A DNA stretch of 64,000 nt from Strigamia acuminata (GCA_949358305.1 OX442314.1:7502001-7566000), one strand, 5' to 3'. Positions 35,182-48,971 are shown, counted from the stretch's first letter. The notes: generated by a model from the letters alone, not told the origin. Numbers and translations are program-made.

Positions 35182-35221
35182 CTTCACACCATAAAAATCA
35201 AATAAAGTATTCAATAATGAG

Positions 35222-35266
35222 TACAAGAATCAGAACTTGTCGATGTGGTTCCAAAATAAGAAATAA
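35222..35266 (+). pseudogene. Inverted relic of the DEG/ENaC C-terminus
   Basis: Translates YKNQNLSMWFQNKK* (copy B ends YQNKSFSMWFQKKK*); followed by inverted copies of the 3' flank at about 35270-35490, 36525-36564 and 38295-38560. Confidence 0.75.
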
Positions 35267-36564
35267 AATATGAATTTGTTAAATCTATCCATGCACAAGA
35301 CTATAATAAATCTTTGTTACAATTGCACCAAATTTGCTATTTGAATTTTCTTTTAAAAATAAAAAAGAAAACAAAAAATTAATTTTTCTGATGCCCTACA
35401 CACTCACATTTTGTATTTTGGTTCCAATAATAAAAACATATTTTATATTTAGAAATATAACATGTAGTAGGTATTAAAGTTACATTTGTCAAGGTTCTGA
35501 CTTTAGACAGTAGAAATTTTTAAAATTTTAAGCGCATTTTGCGCCTTTTCCCTGATTTTTCCCATTTTAATTGGAAATTGTTTTGATTTTTCCAAATTAT
35601 TTCATTTTTTCCTAATTCCAAATTTATTATTTTATTTTATTTTCTTTCTTTTATTTTTATCATTTATCCTTAGTTTAGCCTGGTCATGCTCACCCGGGAC
35701 TCTATAACACGCGCAATATTGATAACCGCGATGTCGCGGGCATAAACAGCGGTGGTATTCTAAACCTCAAATCGTGCGTTCGCGGTTTTGAATATCGTGC
35801 GCATTATGGAACACCACTCACCCCATCCAGACATTCATGAGAATTTTGCCTTAAATTGATGCATTCGCACCCTAAAATTTGCATATTTTCCTCTGACCAC
35901 CTGTTTTTGCCCATTTTCCTTTTGGAAATAGACTTGGCCATGAGCATGTTATCAGAGGTGACTTGTTTCACCAAATTACTAAGAACAGACAGAATAATTT
36001 TTGCCTTTAGCATGTTCACATCTCCTGTCTTAATTGAGAGGTTTCATAGTGCGATTTATGGTGCGTATTAGCATATGGCCATTGTGCAGCCCGAATTCTC
36101 ATGGTTGGCTATTTGACCGCCTCATTTATCATTTGCCCATATTTTGCGTAACATTTTTTGGAGAAACGGCGTATCGACGGTCTTAGAAGATGCTGTTTGC
36201 GGTTCGGCATCTGTATGCGCGTATCCAGGAGAAGAAATATCCTCTTCATAAGAGCCCCTAGCGAGTGACGACATTTTCCCTTAGTGAAAAGCGATATTAC
36301 GATCTCAATACGAATATCAACGTTCGCCATTTTGCGCGGCGCCAGGGTTGATATTCTGCACTCATAAAAATACAGATTTCACGAACAGACGCTGTCTTTA
36401 CCTATCTACCACCCCCAGCAAAGTATTAAGACTCGCGGCGCCTGCGGACCCAATTTTCTGGTCATTACAATCCCTGGAAACCTAAAATTTGCGAAACTAT
36501 TGTTTGAAGTCAAATACGACGTGACAACATTTTTAACTGAAATACAACATTATGATGAAACAAT

Positions 36565-38294
36565 AGGTGCATTCAAAGTTAAAATCCAAATTTGACTTAT
36601 CATAATCTGAATTATCAATAATTCATATAAGTCATTTGGCTAAATTCCATACAAAGTGAACAATTATTTGGCTGATGTGACTGAAATATCTTACCAGTCA
36701 CAGGAAATGATGTAATTTACATCACTGAAAAGATAATTCAATTGCAATAAGTGGCCTATTGATAAGTCACTCCAATCATGACTTATCAATAAGTGGCTGA
36801 TGGAAAAATTCCTCCAATCATGGCTGAACACATGAATTATTTGGCCACTGGAATAAGCCATTCAAGATGGATGCCCCCAGTCAGTCTATCATGAAAAGAG
36901 GAATCCAGCAAGAAACTGGTCAAGGACTCAAGAAATGAGCAGTGCTCATTACCTAGCTGAACAGCCATACTTAGGCAAAAGCAAGGTTAGTAATTGCTGA
37001 CATTTTTAAACACAAATTTATGTTTTCGAGCGCACGCCGATCGTACGATTGCCAGGGCCGCACATTTCCGACACGTTCGCGGCGTTGACCGCTAATCGAC
37101 GAGGAACGTCGCACGGACGTTCGCGGACAACGAGGAACGTCGCACGGACGTTCGCGAACAACGAGGAACGTCGCCGAAACGTTCGCGAAGGACGTGCCGT
37201 GCAGCACAGAATGCGCCCAGACGACGATTTGTACCATTTGGACTCGTGCGAGGCATTTTTGAACGTTTTGCATGTTTTTGGACGTTTTTTGGACCCAAAT
37301 TTCGAGAGGAAAACACACGTGAAGTGTGGGAATCGATTTGGACACCATAGACCAGCAAAAATTGCGAATTTCGGACATTTTGACCAGAAAAATACACGTG
37401 AAGTGTGTGGATTGTTTCGGATATTTCAACCAGTAGAATTATGGATATTTTGGACCAGATTTTCAAGGAAAAGCACGTGAAGTGCACCAGATGACTTCAC
37501 AAACCTTTCAACTTCTTGAAAACATCATTTTTGAAGATTTTCTTGATTTATTTGAATTTTTGAATTTTTTTTGAAATTTTTTTTGAATTTATTCATTGAA
37601 TATTATTGTAAACTAGCTTAGTGTTGTGTTAGCATTTTACTAACCTAATTATAAGAGCGCTACTAACCTTGCAAATATTGAACCTCGTTTGCATGTAATT
37701 TATGTTTTGAGCATTTCCACTGGGCAGTGAAAAACAGGGTAAAAATTGTGAAAAATCATGAAAAACTGGGTGAAAATTGTAAAAAATCGTGAAAAACAAG
37801 ATAAAAATTGTGAAAAACTCGGTAAATATCGTGTAAAATCGTGAAAAACGATAAAAATCATGTAAAATCGTGAAAAATTGGGTAAAAATCGTGTAAAATA
37901 ATGAAAAACCGGTAAAAATCGTGTAAAATCATGAAAAACTGGGTAAAAATTATGTAATGTGAAAAACAAAGTAAAAATTGTGAAAAATCATGAAAAACTG
38001 GGTGAAAAGGGTAAAAATCGTGACAAACTGGGTAAAAATTGTGAAAGCCTCGGTAAAAATCGTCAAAAACTGTGTAAAAATCGTCAAAAATCGTCAAAAA
38101 TCATCGAAAACTGAGTGAAAAGTCTTGAAAAGCTTGTAAAAAATCATGAAAATAAGCAGATTATGAATTTTCAAATTTCGATTATCATCTGATGATGTAA
38201 ATTGCATCATTTCCTGTGACTGTTAAGTCAAATCAGTCAAATCAGTCAAATCAGTCATTTCAGTCAAATAATTCATTTGACTTTGAATGCACCT
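36565..38294. mobile_element. PIF/Harbinger-like non-autonomous element
   Basis: TIR AGGTGCATTCAAAGT; 3-bp TSD AAT, supported by the empty site in the paralogous flank near 31080; internal minisatellite about 37728-38150. Confidence 0.75.
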
Positions 38295-38796
38295 AATGTT
38301 ATTTCAATGTTGTGATTATTTCAATTGATCATAATTCATAATTAAATTCTCGTTAGAAATTAATGTTATTAAAAATACCAAACCGCACAAAGTTTTTAAA
38401 AACACATAATTGTATTTCTCTACACTACACGATTTGTTACTACACGTACACATGTGATATTAAATGTATTTTTAAATTAATAATAGTCAGAATAGACCCG
38501 GCTATTTGGAGAAAATTTCAAAATTTCAGTCATTTAAATACAGTCGACCCTCGTTATAACATTAAATTTACTGGCCAAATTTAGATAGAATACCTGTAAC
38601 GGCATTCAACTGGTTCCACCATTTGAACGCCGAGACATATTTAAATTGAATTAGTCAACTAGTTTTGGTTAATTCTCTGTACTTTTTGTATTGGGAAATA
38701 CAGGAACACAGGAACTAATCGCTGATTGGATCCCCTAATCCCTTGCGATCGTACATCATTGCGCACACTGCACATTGCTTGGCAACCAGTACTGGG

Positions 38797-39364
38797 CAGG
38801 GCTGTCTTAACACATTTCAGCGCCCTGGGCTTAAAAAAATCAGGCGCCCCTTCTCCCTTGTCGTAATTTAAAAAAAATGATTTTTACACTTACAATTTTA
38901 CAAGCCTGTTCTTAGGGTATACTTGTAGTGCACTCTCTTTTTTGGGCATGCTGGTGCCACACTCCCATCCCCCTCCAAAAGAAGTACAGGTACGGTAAGC
39001 ATTTTTGTGTAAAATTAATTTGAATTGAAAAATGCATTTTTGGACCTACAAATGCATTTCAAACATAAAAATGCATCTTTAGGGGTGGCGCCCCCTGACC
39101 TGTGGCGCCTGTGTGTTATACACACTATCAACAACGGGCCTACAAGTTCAGCTTATATTTGAACACTCATGAAGACTCTTTGTAGGAGGCGCCTGGCATA
39201 CTTCTCTGCCCGGCACCCCTCTCCGCCTAGCGTTCCTCTCTGCCCAGCGCCATTCTCTGCTCGGTGCCCTTCTCTCCGACCGGCATTCCTCTCTGCCCAG
39301 CGCCCCTCTCTGCCCGGCGCCCCTGGGCTGCAGCCCAGTTAGCCCAATGGTAAAGGTGGCCCTG
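38797..39364. mobile_element. hAT-type MITE
   Basis: CAGGGC...GCCCTG termini with exact 8-bp TSD GTACTGGG; GGCGCCC and CTCTGCCC internal repeats. Confidence 0.8.
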
Positions 39365-39435
39365 GTACTGGGGAGAAGCCATCATGATGGCAACATATTT
39401 AAAGAATTGTTTGCCAACTCCCGAGGAGGCGTGGA

Positions 39436-39822
39436 GTGGACTACGGACTTTTGGATGCAGTGCACATTCTTATATACCAAAGAAAAAGCGTCGAGAATGA
39501 AGAACTAAAAGTCACACAAGGAAAGGCTAACACCACATCCAGGATGATTACAATATCGCGATACGTTGTGTTTGACGAAAACAAAAGCGAAATATCCGGT
39601 ATTACTCCTGACCAAATTACTAATCTTCTCTTTACATTTATGGAAACGATTCGGACTTATGGCAATATTTTGGTGACAACAAATACTGATATCGTGGATG
39701 CTGAGGACATTATTGGGATTACTGTCCCTGATGCACCGATTGTAGACGCAAATGCCATAGATGTAATAATCGAATCTGAAGACGAGGATGATGATGCAGC
39801 AGCACTCGAACTTACACCTTAG
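39436..39822 (+). pseudogene. Copia pol remnant (post-integrase region)
   Basis: ITISRYVVFDE resembles the copia SRDVVFDE motif. Confidence 0.55.
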
Positions 39823-40277
39823 AAAGGCCGACCACAATGCAACTACGGGCCTCTGAAGTGTTTAAGCGCCACTTGGACATGAATAAATCGCATTGTTTTA
39901 AATACCAACCACATGAACGGTCAACTTTATTTCACATCACCAAAATCACTCTAAATATTTGGAAAAGAAACTGCACTGTCCAAAAGAAACAAACACTGGA
40001 ATCTAAAAAAAAAACACTTTAATGTTTTAAGTACGCATGTATGTTGTGCCGCATTCATAACCAACAAACTGATTTTTTTGTTTTTTTTTTTAAAAATGCA
40101 AATTTCAAACGTGTTGGAACTGTGACATAAAGATCTTTAACAATCTAGCATGTGAAAATCTGCGTACATTTGCCTGGTACATGTGACCTTTTTATTGCAT
40201 TATTAATTCAAAATTACATTAATATCAACTTGTGTGTAATAACAGATGGAATAGTGTGCGGAAATATAATTAATTTT

Positions 40278-41420
40278 GGGTCCCATTTATTGGTCCACTA
40301 AAATTCCTTGGATTTACACTGAAAAAAAACTAATTCTCCCACTTACTGAAATTTCCACTAACGCTCCTTTTTTGTTCCACTAAATTTATACACTAAAAAA
40401 AAAACTAAATTTTCCACTTAAATGAAATTATGGGGAAAATAACTAATATTACCACTACTACTTCCACTTTTTTTTGTTTATTGTGCTGTAGCTGTGCGAA
40501 CGTTTGGCTAACGTCGAGGACGACCTACCCTTCCCCCGCATGGTCTACGAGCGCCCCAACAGTCGCCCGCAACCGAGTCCCCGCCAAGGCCCGAGTCCTA
40601 GTCTCCAGTTCTAGTCACGTGTCGGGACCTAGTCCCAACTAGACCTCGGGGCCCCTCGCCGTGGCCATAGTCGCCCATCTCTCGCCGGGCGAAGGCTGGT
40701 TCGTCCGGGGCGCATTTGTTGCGTGTCTCCCCGTTCATTGACTCCCGTCGGTCCTAGTTACGTGTCGGGACCCAGTCCCAACAAGACCTCGGGGCCCCTC
40801 GCCGGCCCCAACATCTTTATGGACGACTATGGCCACGCGAATGTCTACGACAACACACCACCCTCGTTTGTTGACTCCTGCCGCTCCTCGATGAGCCGGC
40901 GGACTCCCCAATTGTTTGAAGCTCCGCAAGGCGCTGCAGCAATTGGGGAGTCTAGCGACCACGCCGTGGATTATCGGGGCGCGGCGGGAGTCGACGAACG
41001 AGGGTGGTGTGTCGTCGTGGACATCCGCGTGGCCAATGAAGATGGACCCGATGTGCATGCCGAAGGCGATGTTGTGGCCGGCGAGAGGCCCCGAGGTCTG
41101 GTTGGGATGAGGGAACTTGTTCTTGTCCTATTATTGAGCAGTACCTAAGTAGAACGTGCCTTTGGGCGAGAAAAGAAAGCGAGGTAGACCATCGAACCCC
41201 AGGAAGGCCTTCCTTTTGTAATAAAAAAAATTAGTAGAAATAGTGGATGTACTTAGTTTTTTATAGTGGGGAAAGTCAGTAGTGGGAAATTTAGTTTTTT
41301 TTTAGTGTATAAATTTAGTGGAACCAAAAAGGAGCGTTAGTGGAAATTTCAATAAGTGGAAGAATTAGTTTTTTTTTAGTGTAAATCCAAGGAATTTTAG
41401 TGGATTAATAATATATTCCC
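40278..41420. mobile_element. MULE-like non-autonomous element with long TIRs and a GC-rich internal hairpin
   Basis: About 180-bp inverted arms (CCACTAAAATTCCTTGGATTTACACT); G-start; exact 9-bp TSD ATTAATTTT. Confidence 0.75.
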
Positions 41421-41759
41421 ATTAATTTTTGACATTTGATAGCATTATAAAATTAAGTAATTTGAATAACATTAATTTCTAAAATAAGTTTAACTGTAAA
41501 CGTCTTAAATAATCATGACATTGAAATAACATTATTTCATAACGTGATGTATTTCAGTTAAAAATGTAACATTAATACATACAAGTAAACAGATTTTAAT
41601 GACATTAATGGCACTCTAAACAACAAACAATTTATCAAACCTAATAGGCCTAACCTAAATACAGTAGAAAATCTAAAGACCAAATTGCAAATTTGTTACA
41701 ATTACGACAGAAAGATTTAAAATATTTTTGTACATTGCTAGCTTTTGTCCAGTCATATT

Positions 41760-44700
41760 TTATCGCCTCTTTTGGATCCTATCCTGATACCAATTATAAG
41801 CATTTAAAATGCAAATGTAGAAAGACAGCAATGACATTCCAGAACCTAATCCCACAATGCTACCGACATCGCTTAGCAATTGAGATATCGGATATGACTG
41901 TTGCTCTTCTATACTCTCGACGAAAGTATCAGAGAATCGCAGAAACATTACCGTGAAAAAATTAACTAATAATTTATTTTGATACAAAATAATTTTGTTA
42001 AAACTATATTCGCAAGGCAGTTTACATTTGCATTGTCTTTGATTCCAGTCAAAATTTTTTAGGTACATTAAATGAGCGATCATAAATTCATTCGTTGTGT
42101 TACAAGGTGGCAAATTCGGCTTCCTTAGGTAAGGTAATCTAATACAAAACAATGGTGACATTTGCAAAATAAAAACTGTGGTATGTAACTGAAAAGATAA
42201 TTTTTAAACAACAGGTACAGTAGAATGCCGATTATCGGAACTAGTTGGGAAACATAGATGTTTATAAAATCAATTTATTCGCATGATCTGACATTGGGTT
42301 GATGTACGTAATGTATACTGTAGATGAAAGATCCATCACCTCTGTTCAGATATTCGGCATTTGACTGTATGTGTTAAACTGAGATGTGTAAAAACTGAAA
42401 TATTTGAAATAGCATACCTGCAGTTAACATTTTGGAGTAAATTGCTTTGGATGCAAGCGGTTTTACACATAAAATAAGCACTTTTGTTCTCTTCGCATGG
42501 ATTATGCTTTGTATTTCTTCGTACAGTCTATTTCATTAAATAAAACTGAGTTTGAATAAAAGCATATACGTGTGGTGACCCTGAAGTGTTTTTTATTTAT
42601 TTGGGAAATAAATTTGTCACCACTAAAGAAATTGTGTATTTTTATTTCATTTTGGTTTGGCGTGTGCCAAACTAAGTCACGTGATTACCCATATGGTTGC
42701 AAAATTTATTGCAATATATTTCGAAAAGTACAGAAATGTGTGCCAATATATTTTGAAATGTATTTACCATCGTCGTACATTTTGAAATATATTTCTGAAT
42801 ATATTTTAAATACATTTTAAATTATATTCTAAATGAAATACATTTCAAAATACATTTTAAAAGACATTGTAATTACAATATATTTCAAAATACATTGGAT
42901 AGTACATTCTAAAATACATTTTAAAACACATTGCACTTACAATATATAGTTTAATCTTTTAATCTATAACAAAAGATAGAATTGTCACAAATTTAAGCTA
43001 TTACCTTACCTGAACTGCTTGAAGTGTTACAGTGTTCACCCAACCATAGCTTAAGTCCAAAGGTGCCAGAATGTTAACTTCTTCTTCCAGATCATTTAGG
43101 AAAAACTATGAATATAATGACAATGCAAAATTAGATGTATTAGATATAAACATACCCTGTGAGTAGGAGCTAGCATGACCACTTGGCGAAGGGCCCCAAA
43201 TAAGAGGAGGCCCATCAAGGGAGCACAAAATCTGATTTGATCCCCTGAAGTGCTCGCTGGGGCAAATGGGGCAATTATTTTTCAAAAAATTCTTGAACCG
43301 ACATAAATCCTCAATCCGCCCAGGTTGTATTACCTTTAGATGCTGGTCACATACTTCTGAAGGAAACAGCATTTGAAAAAAAATTATTAAGTAAGCAGTT
43401 CGGTCGACTGATTTTTCTGAAAAACATTGGAAAGGTACAAAATATTATTTAGCAATATCAGGTAGGTATTTATTTTAATAATCAAATAATCCATAATAAA
43501 AGCTGTTGTGTATTTTATGTACATTGAGAGCTTATGGCCTAAATAACTGTGCAGAGTTTAGAAGGATAATAAAACGATTTTGTGATTGTACCCCACAGCA
43601 TTCAATCGGATGCTGACCCCTCCCTTTGTGTTGTTTCTTAATTACCTATGCTTATTTGTAATTAAGCGGCTTGATTAAAGACTATTGTTAATTAATAAAT
43701 GTAATGTGAAATAAAAGGTGAATGTAAAATTTATAAATTACCTGTGTTTATTCGTGAACAATTACCAAAAGGGAGTGAAATGGGATGCATTGATATGTTA
43801 AGTGCTATTTTATATCCATAAGATTTCTACAAAAAAATAGTTTTAATCGTTGAGTTTGGTTTTCTAATATTTTTGGAGAATGTACACTACAAGTAAGCTT
43901 AGTACCTCATTCTTAATATCAATTGTGTCGTGGACATTGAGTGCTGCCCAGATTTCTTCTAAGGACAATTCACTGCTGAGCAATTGCCACGGCGATATTT
44001 CATTGCAGTTTTTGTTAGTGTGTTTCAGTAAACGTGATCTAGCGTCGTCCACATCTTCATTTTGTTTTTCACCACAGACCGTGACAGATTGATATTCAGT
44101 GTATTGGCGTTCAACTATTCTAACGATTGTTGTTACCGGTTCATCAAAATAGTAGTTGATACGAACGTGCAAGCAATATAGAGTTAATCCTGAGATCAGC
44201 AATACTAGCACAAATTTCATCTTTTCTAACACTCCATTTGTTATGGTTTGCTCGTCGTTCGCAGTGACTTTCTTTTTGCATTCCTCATACAGACAGCGAA
44301 ACGTTTTGACGGATAATTTTTGGTCAATGTTAGTTGCAATATAATAAAAATACCAAGTAATTTCAGGTAATGAGATTAATGACAAACCGAGAAATAGGCC
44401 AAGATTGCCTCCTAAATCTGACAGTAGAGCAATAACGTCGTAGGTGTATCGTTCTTCATACACGCTAATTTTGTCATCAGTTATTGCAAAAGATGTAAAT
44501 GAAGTTTTAGCATTCTCTGCTAACCCTGTATCAGTGGTTGGTGTAAACGTTAATTTTTGACACGGATGTCTACAAAGACAATCTGTAAGTGGATTCGTGC
44601 TTTTAATAATTTGATTTGCACTGTTGTATTGCTCGTATGTGTTGTTCGAACATTTGCAAAGTGGTAAATCCGTCTTGGTAAAAGGAAACCTTGGAAAAAA

Positions 44701-45841
44701 AATATTTTTTTATTTTTCTAACGACGGGATATAATGGCAATATTCCTTACCTGCATTTTAGCTGTTCTTTAAATTTTCTCCCTAGACAACTCCGATAGCA
44801 TTCTCTGTGTTCATCCTCACTAGAGCATGGGTTTACAGGTGAATTAAGAAATTTGAACTAAAATTTTAAAACAGCATAAGATGATGAGTACTAAATTTAA
44901 ATTGTGGTTAAAATTTTACTTTCTTATAACTGAAATTAATTTTTGTTGTTGCACCGGGATATTGCATTCCTATGGAAAACTTTCTTCCAAAATCATAGGA
45001 TGCAAGTAAAAGCTAAGTGAAAAAAAAAGTAAGTGAATATCAATCAAAATTTGAATTTATTCAAATTACCGTATATGGCTCTGTAGGACATATGCCTTCA
45101 GAACTTTTTTCCATTTGTACTGTCAGTTCTCCAACAAATGTTTTAGCTATGTCAATGAATGATAAAGCATATTTTAGTCAATGTTTAAAATAAATATTTG
45201 ATATAATTACAAAATTTTATTGTTGAGCACATTCCGTGTAAACTGTTCATTTCGGTCAGAACAAATGTTTGGTTTGAATTGACATATCTCTGCTCGAAAA
45301 CAAGTTTCAATTTTGATTTTGTTTTAAATTAAAAAATATTCACCTTTAACTTTATTAACTTTAATTTTACGCTCACTACTTCTTTCGTCAAATTAGTCGC
45401 TTTCCAAAGTTCGTCTACATCGTAAGATGGGATTGCCATAAGTTTTTGCAGCATGTGATTGCATTGGTAGGTTTGAATTGTGAGGTGTCCATATGTTTTA
45501 AACCAAAGTCTGGCCATTTCTTCCGTATTTGTATTACAGATAATCAAATTTGGTAAAGTAACATCTTCCGATCTGCTCGTTACGTCAACAACGGTTGGAT
45601 AACTCAAGTAATGCATTATTCTATCATAAGTCTGATAAGTAAGCATGCACGTGCAAAATGAAAATAAAAGAAGCCAAAACAAGCGACGCTTGCTCCCACA
45701 ATGATTGCTATTGATACAATCATCCAAGCCGATTAAGTTGCATCTAAGTTTATTTTCATCGTCCATCAACAATCGCTGAATTGCAGGACGTAGTTTTCTT
45801 AATCTTTGGCTGCTTATTTTCATGAAATAATTATGCTGCAT
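41760..45841 (-). CDS. DEG/ENaC tandem two-subunit channel, copy C, about 785 aa; exons 45841-45377, 45289-45211, 45146-45070, 45012-44920, 44857-44751, 44689-43906, 43826-43742, 43416-43334, 43105-43010, 42527-42418, 42138-41760
   Basis: Same 11-exon layout and phases as copy A, all GT-AG, 2358 nt in frame; TM2a LLSDLGGNLGLFLGLS, TM2b LLSDVGSIVGLGSGMS. Confidence 0.9.
42218..42367. mobile_element. Tc1/mariner-type MITE in the last intron of copy C
   Basis: TA|CAGTAGAATGCCGA...TCGGCATTTGACTG|TA. Confidence 0.7.
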
Positions 45842-46966
45842 TGTATCTTATCTACTGTGTGTAGATTATAAACTGATATATTGGAAACAACTTGAAATTA
45901 TTAAAATTTGTGAGGTTTTACCTGCGTTTAGAAGATAAAGGAAAGTTAGCTGGAGTTTACCGGTGCTCAGTTCAGATTCGACTGTTCTTTATTTGGTGAC
46001 TCTAATAACTTCTTCTGTCCCTGATCGAATTTGTGGTTGTCTTAAATTATCATGTATCATACTGTCACGAGTACAGACCGTCCCGATCATGGGCCGATCT
46101 TTACTGCATGTTTTGATAATTAAAGTTACGAAATTTCACCAACAGATGGCATTAACATCTGATGATGTCATTTGGATCATTAAATTGAATAGCGGGAACA
46201 CAAGGTAACTTGGAAAGCAAAGACAATAACTAAAATCAGTTCTCTCTAGGATCCCGAGTTGAAAAGAACTCTCTTCAAACATGAATAAGGAGGCTTTGTA
46301 TCAGCCTATTACAGGCTCTACTTAACTAACCAAAAACTATCTATCATGTTGGAATGTATTTCCAAAATAAATTATTTCTTTTTGTTTGTGTTTCCTCTTT
46401 TCCACTTACAAGTGTGACTAAATAAAGTGTCCTAGTTGAGGATTAGCTTGGTTGCCTCAATAGTTTTAGGTTACAAAGCTAAGTTACAATGCTGAGTAGA
46501 CTAATGTTTCAGTCCTTTTTTCTCAAAACTTTTCAGTAAGAAATAATTTTTTTAAGAACAGTTCTAGACTAATTGGATGATGCTTTACAACTTTCTAATT
46601 TACATTTTTGCTCTAACTGTCACGGTTCTCGAGTTACCATATGGATGACCTTGAAGATGACCTCAGAAGTCAAATTGGATGTCATAATTGGATTTCCCCC
46701 GACATACTACCTTGACAATCATTTTGCTAAATCAACATCTAGAACAGTTTGGGAATTATTTACTGTGAACCAGACTTTCTGAACCACCCTGTATGTGGTT
46801 ACATTTTATTTTAATGTTTTGTGTACAAACTTATTTACTCTGGCACGCTATGTAACCAAATCATTATTCAGAGACAAGATATCTTTCCTGTTTAATATGT
46901 ATAATTATGTTTGAGTTGTGTAATATCCTACTCTGATTCGAATTATAAGTGTTTAAAGAGCAATGG

Positions 46967-48524
46967 TGTGACGGTTACACTGTCATACACTTTGCTGGTT
47001 AAGGACGACTATTTCGTCAATAGATGGCGCTATTGTGTTTTAGCAGTAATTTCGAATTTCGATCATTTTTAAGTGATTTAATATATAAATTATCATTTAT
47101 ATATTAATCCACTTTATCTCAGACAATTATTAAACATGTTAGATATGTTTTAATGTTGTTTTGATCAGTTTACTACATAATTCTATTAAATTATGTATAA
47201 ACTTCACACCTGGTGTAGATGTCCCTCACTACCCACCATGAGTAAAATTCCATTCCGGATTATAGTCAAAGACTTAATCCGAAATGTATCCTACGTATCC
47301 AGTCCCTAGGGAGGACCTAGTAGAAGACTATGTCCTTGAGTATCCACTTCTTATGATCTAGGATTGGATGGATTTAGCTACCCAGTGATCCGATTGGATC
47401 AAGGGACAGCCCATTCTTCTCACCGAGTATATATTCCGTGTAAACCGGATATATCTCGCTCTTGTCCTGTTTTCTGTTTTGTCACTTGTTACTTGAGCGC
47501 TTATTATACTTCACGTCGATCCAACAGTCCGTTGTAGAAATACTAGTTATTTAGTGTAAGCATCTAGAGTGGGTAGAAGACTCACAGACACACTGCCCGC
47601 CTCTTCAAGCCAACATCCCGTTGTAGAAATCGTAAGTTTACTTGCATTTAAGTGTAGATTCTAGAGTGGGATACAACCCACAGACGCACTCCCCCCGCTT
47701 CATGCCAACATCCCGTTGTAGAATGCAGATTCTAGAGTGGAGTAAAATTCACAAACGCATTGGTAATGTAGTATCTAGAGTGGAGTATTTATTATTTCAC
47801 AGACGCATTATCAGGATAACCGAGCGGAGTAATTTCCCGGTTATTCTCCCGCCAGCCAGAACCGAGTGGAGTAATTTCCCGGCAATGGATAACCCTTCCT
47901 GCGAGAGACTTCTTATTCAATTCGTTGTTGGACGATGGAACATCTTAATTATTATTTTGATGTTGATTGCACTCGGGGGAAAAATAGCTCGGCGCTATTT
48001 TAATTTATTCTTTATTTTTACAGTTATTTTATCCCGCTTCGTGAATATAATATCATGTGAAATTCTATCGAATTTACATGAATATTTATTCAACTTATTT
48101 CGTCATATTTATGACCGCGCTTTGCAATTATTAACAGTATAATAATTACAAGTGTGACGACTGCAGAAAAGTCAACCGCACCTCTCGGATATAATTCACC
48201 CAAGCCTAACCATTACACACCTTTCAGAACTAGCCCAGGAACCACGAAAATCCATACGAAGATGACATCTTTTACGTCCCGACAATAAGACCGTTACATA
48301 TTCTTATTTGTCCGACTGAAAACCGCAAGTGATATTATTTTAGGGCTTTCGCCAACCGATTGTATAGTTTAACTTGAAGTTAACTTCATAGTTTTTATAT
48401 AATCCTCATTCGTAATAAACTGTCATATGATTTGAGAAATCACAAGCCTCCGTATTTTACACTTTCACACGAGTTCTCGCTCTAATTTTCTAGCAATTTG
48501 TATCTCGTAAAGTCAATCGTCACA
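46967..48524 (+). mobile_element. Gypsy-type solo LTR (about 1.56 kb)
   Basis: TGTGACGG...TCGTCACA with 4-bp TSD ATGG; internal CCAACATCCCGTTGTAG repeats. Confidence 0.88.
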
Positions 48525-48529
48525 ATGGT

Positions 48530-48585
48530 AAAAAGAGAGACATTCCCAAACTTTATGCTACCGACACGCTTAGCAATTGAGATAT
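48530..48585 (-). pseudogene. Short degenerate relic of the DEG/ENaC TM2b exon
   Basis: ATGCTACCGACACGCTTAGCAATTGAGATAT matches 15306-15337 of copy A. Confidence 0.6.
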
Positions 48586-48895
48586 GGGCCGTCCATAAAT
48601 TACGTAATGCACCAAGGGGGGGGGAGGGGGTGGTTAATTTTGTTACGAGTCATTACTAAAAGAGAGGGGGGTTTCAAATTTTGTTATGTTCCATGTAAAA
48701 AAAAAAATTTTAAATTTTAAATAATCAAAATATAATCATTTTTTATGCTTTTTAGAAAATTTTGGGAGGGAAATTTCAGTTTTGTTACGTTATTAGGAGA
48801 TGGAGAGTTCGAGAATTTGTCACGACTACGTTTCAAAAGAGGGAAAGGGTCTAAAAAATCCCAAATTTAACATTACGTAGTTTATGAACGGCCCC
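48586..48895. mobile_element. Harbinger-like MITE
   Basis: TIRs GGGCCGTCCATAAATTACGTA / TACGTAGTTTATGAACGGCCC; TSD not resolved. Confidence 0.7.
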
Positions 48896-48971
48896 TTACT
48901 CAAAACACATAACAACAAATAAATTATATTTAATTAATTCTTGGCCTGTTATTAAATAACTAAGCTCAGTT

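Noticed and set aside
35804..36019. Pogo-like HTH start (NRWSEENMQ...GVP)
   Set aside because: Too short and degenerate, with no clear TIRs; not callable without a search
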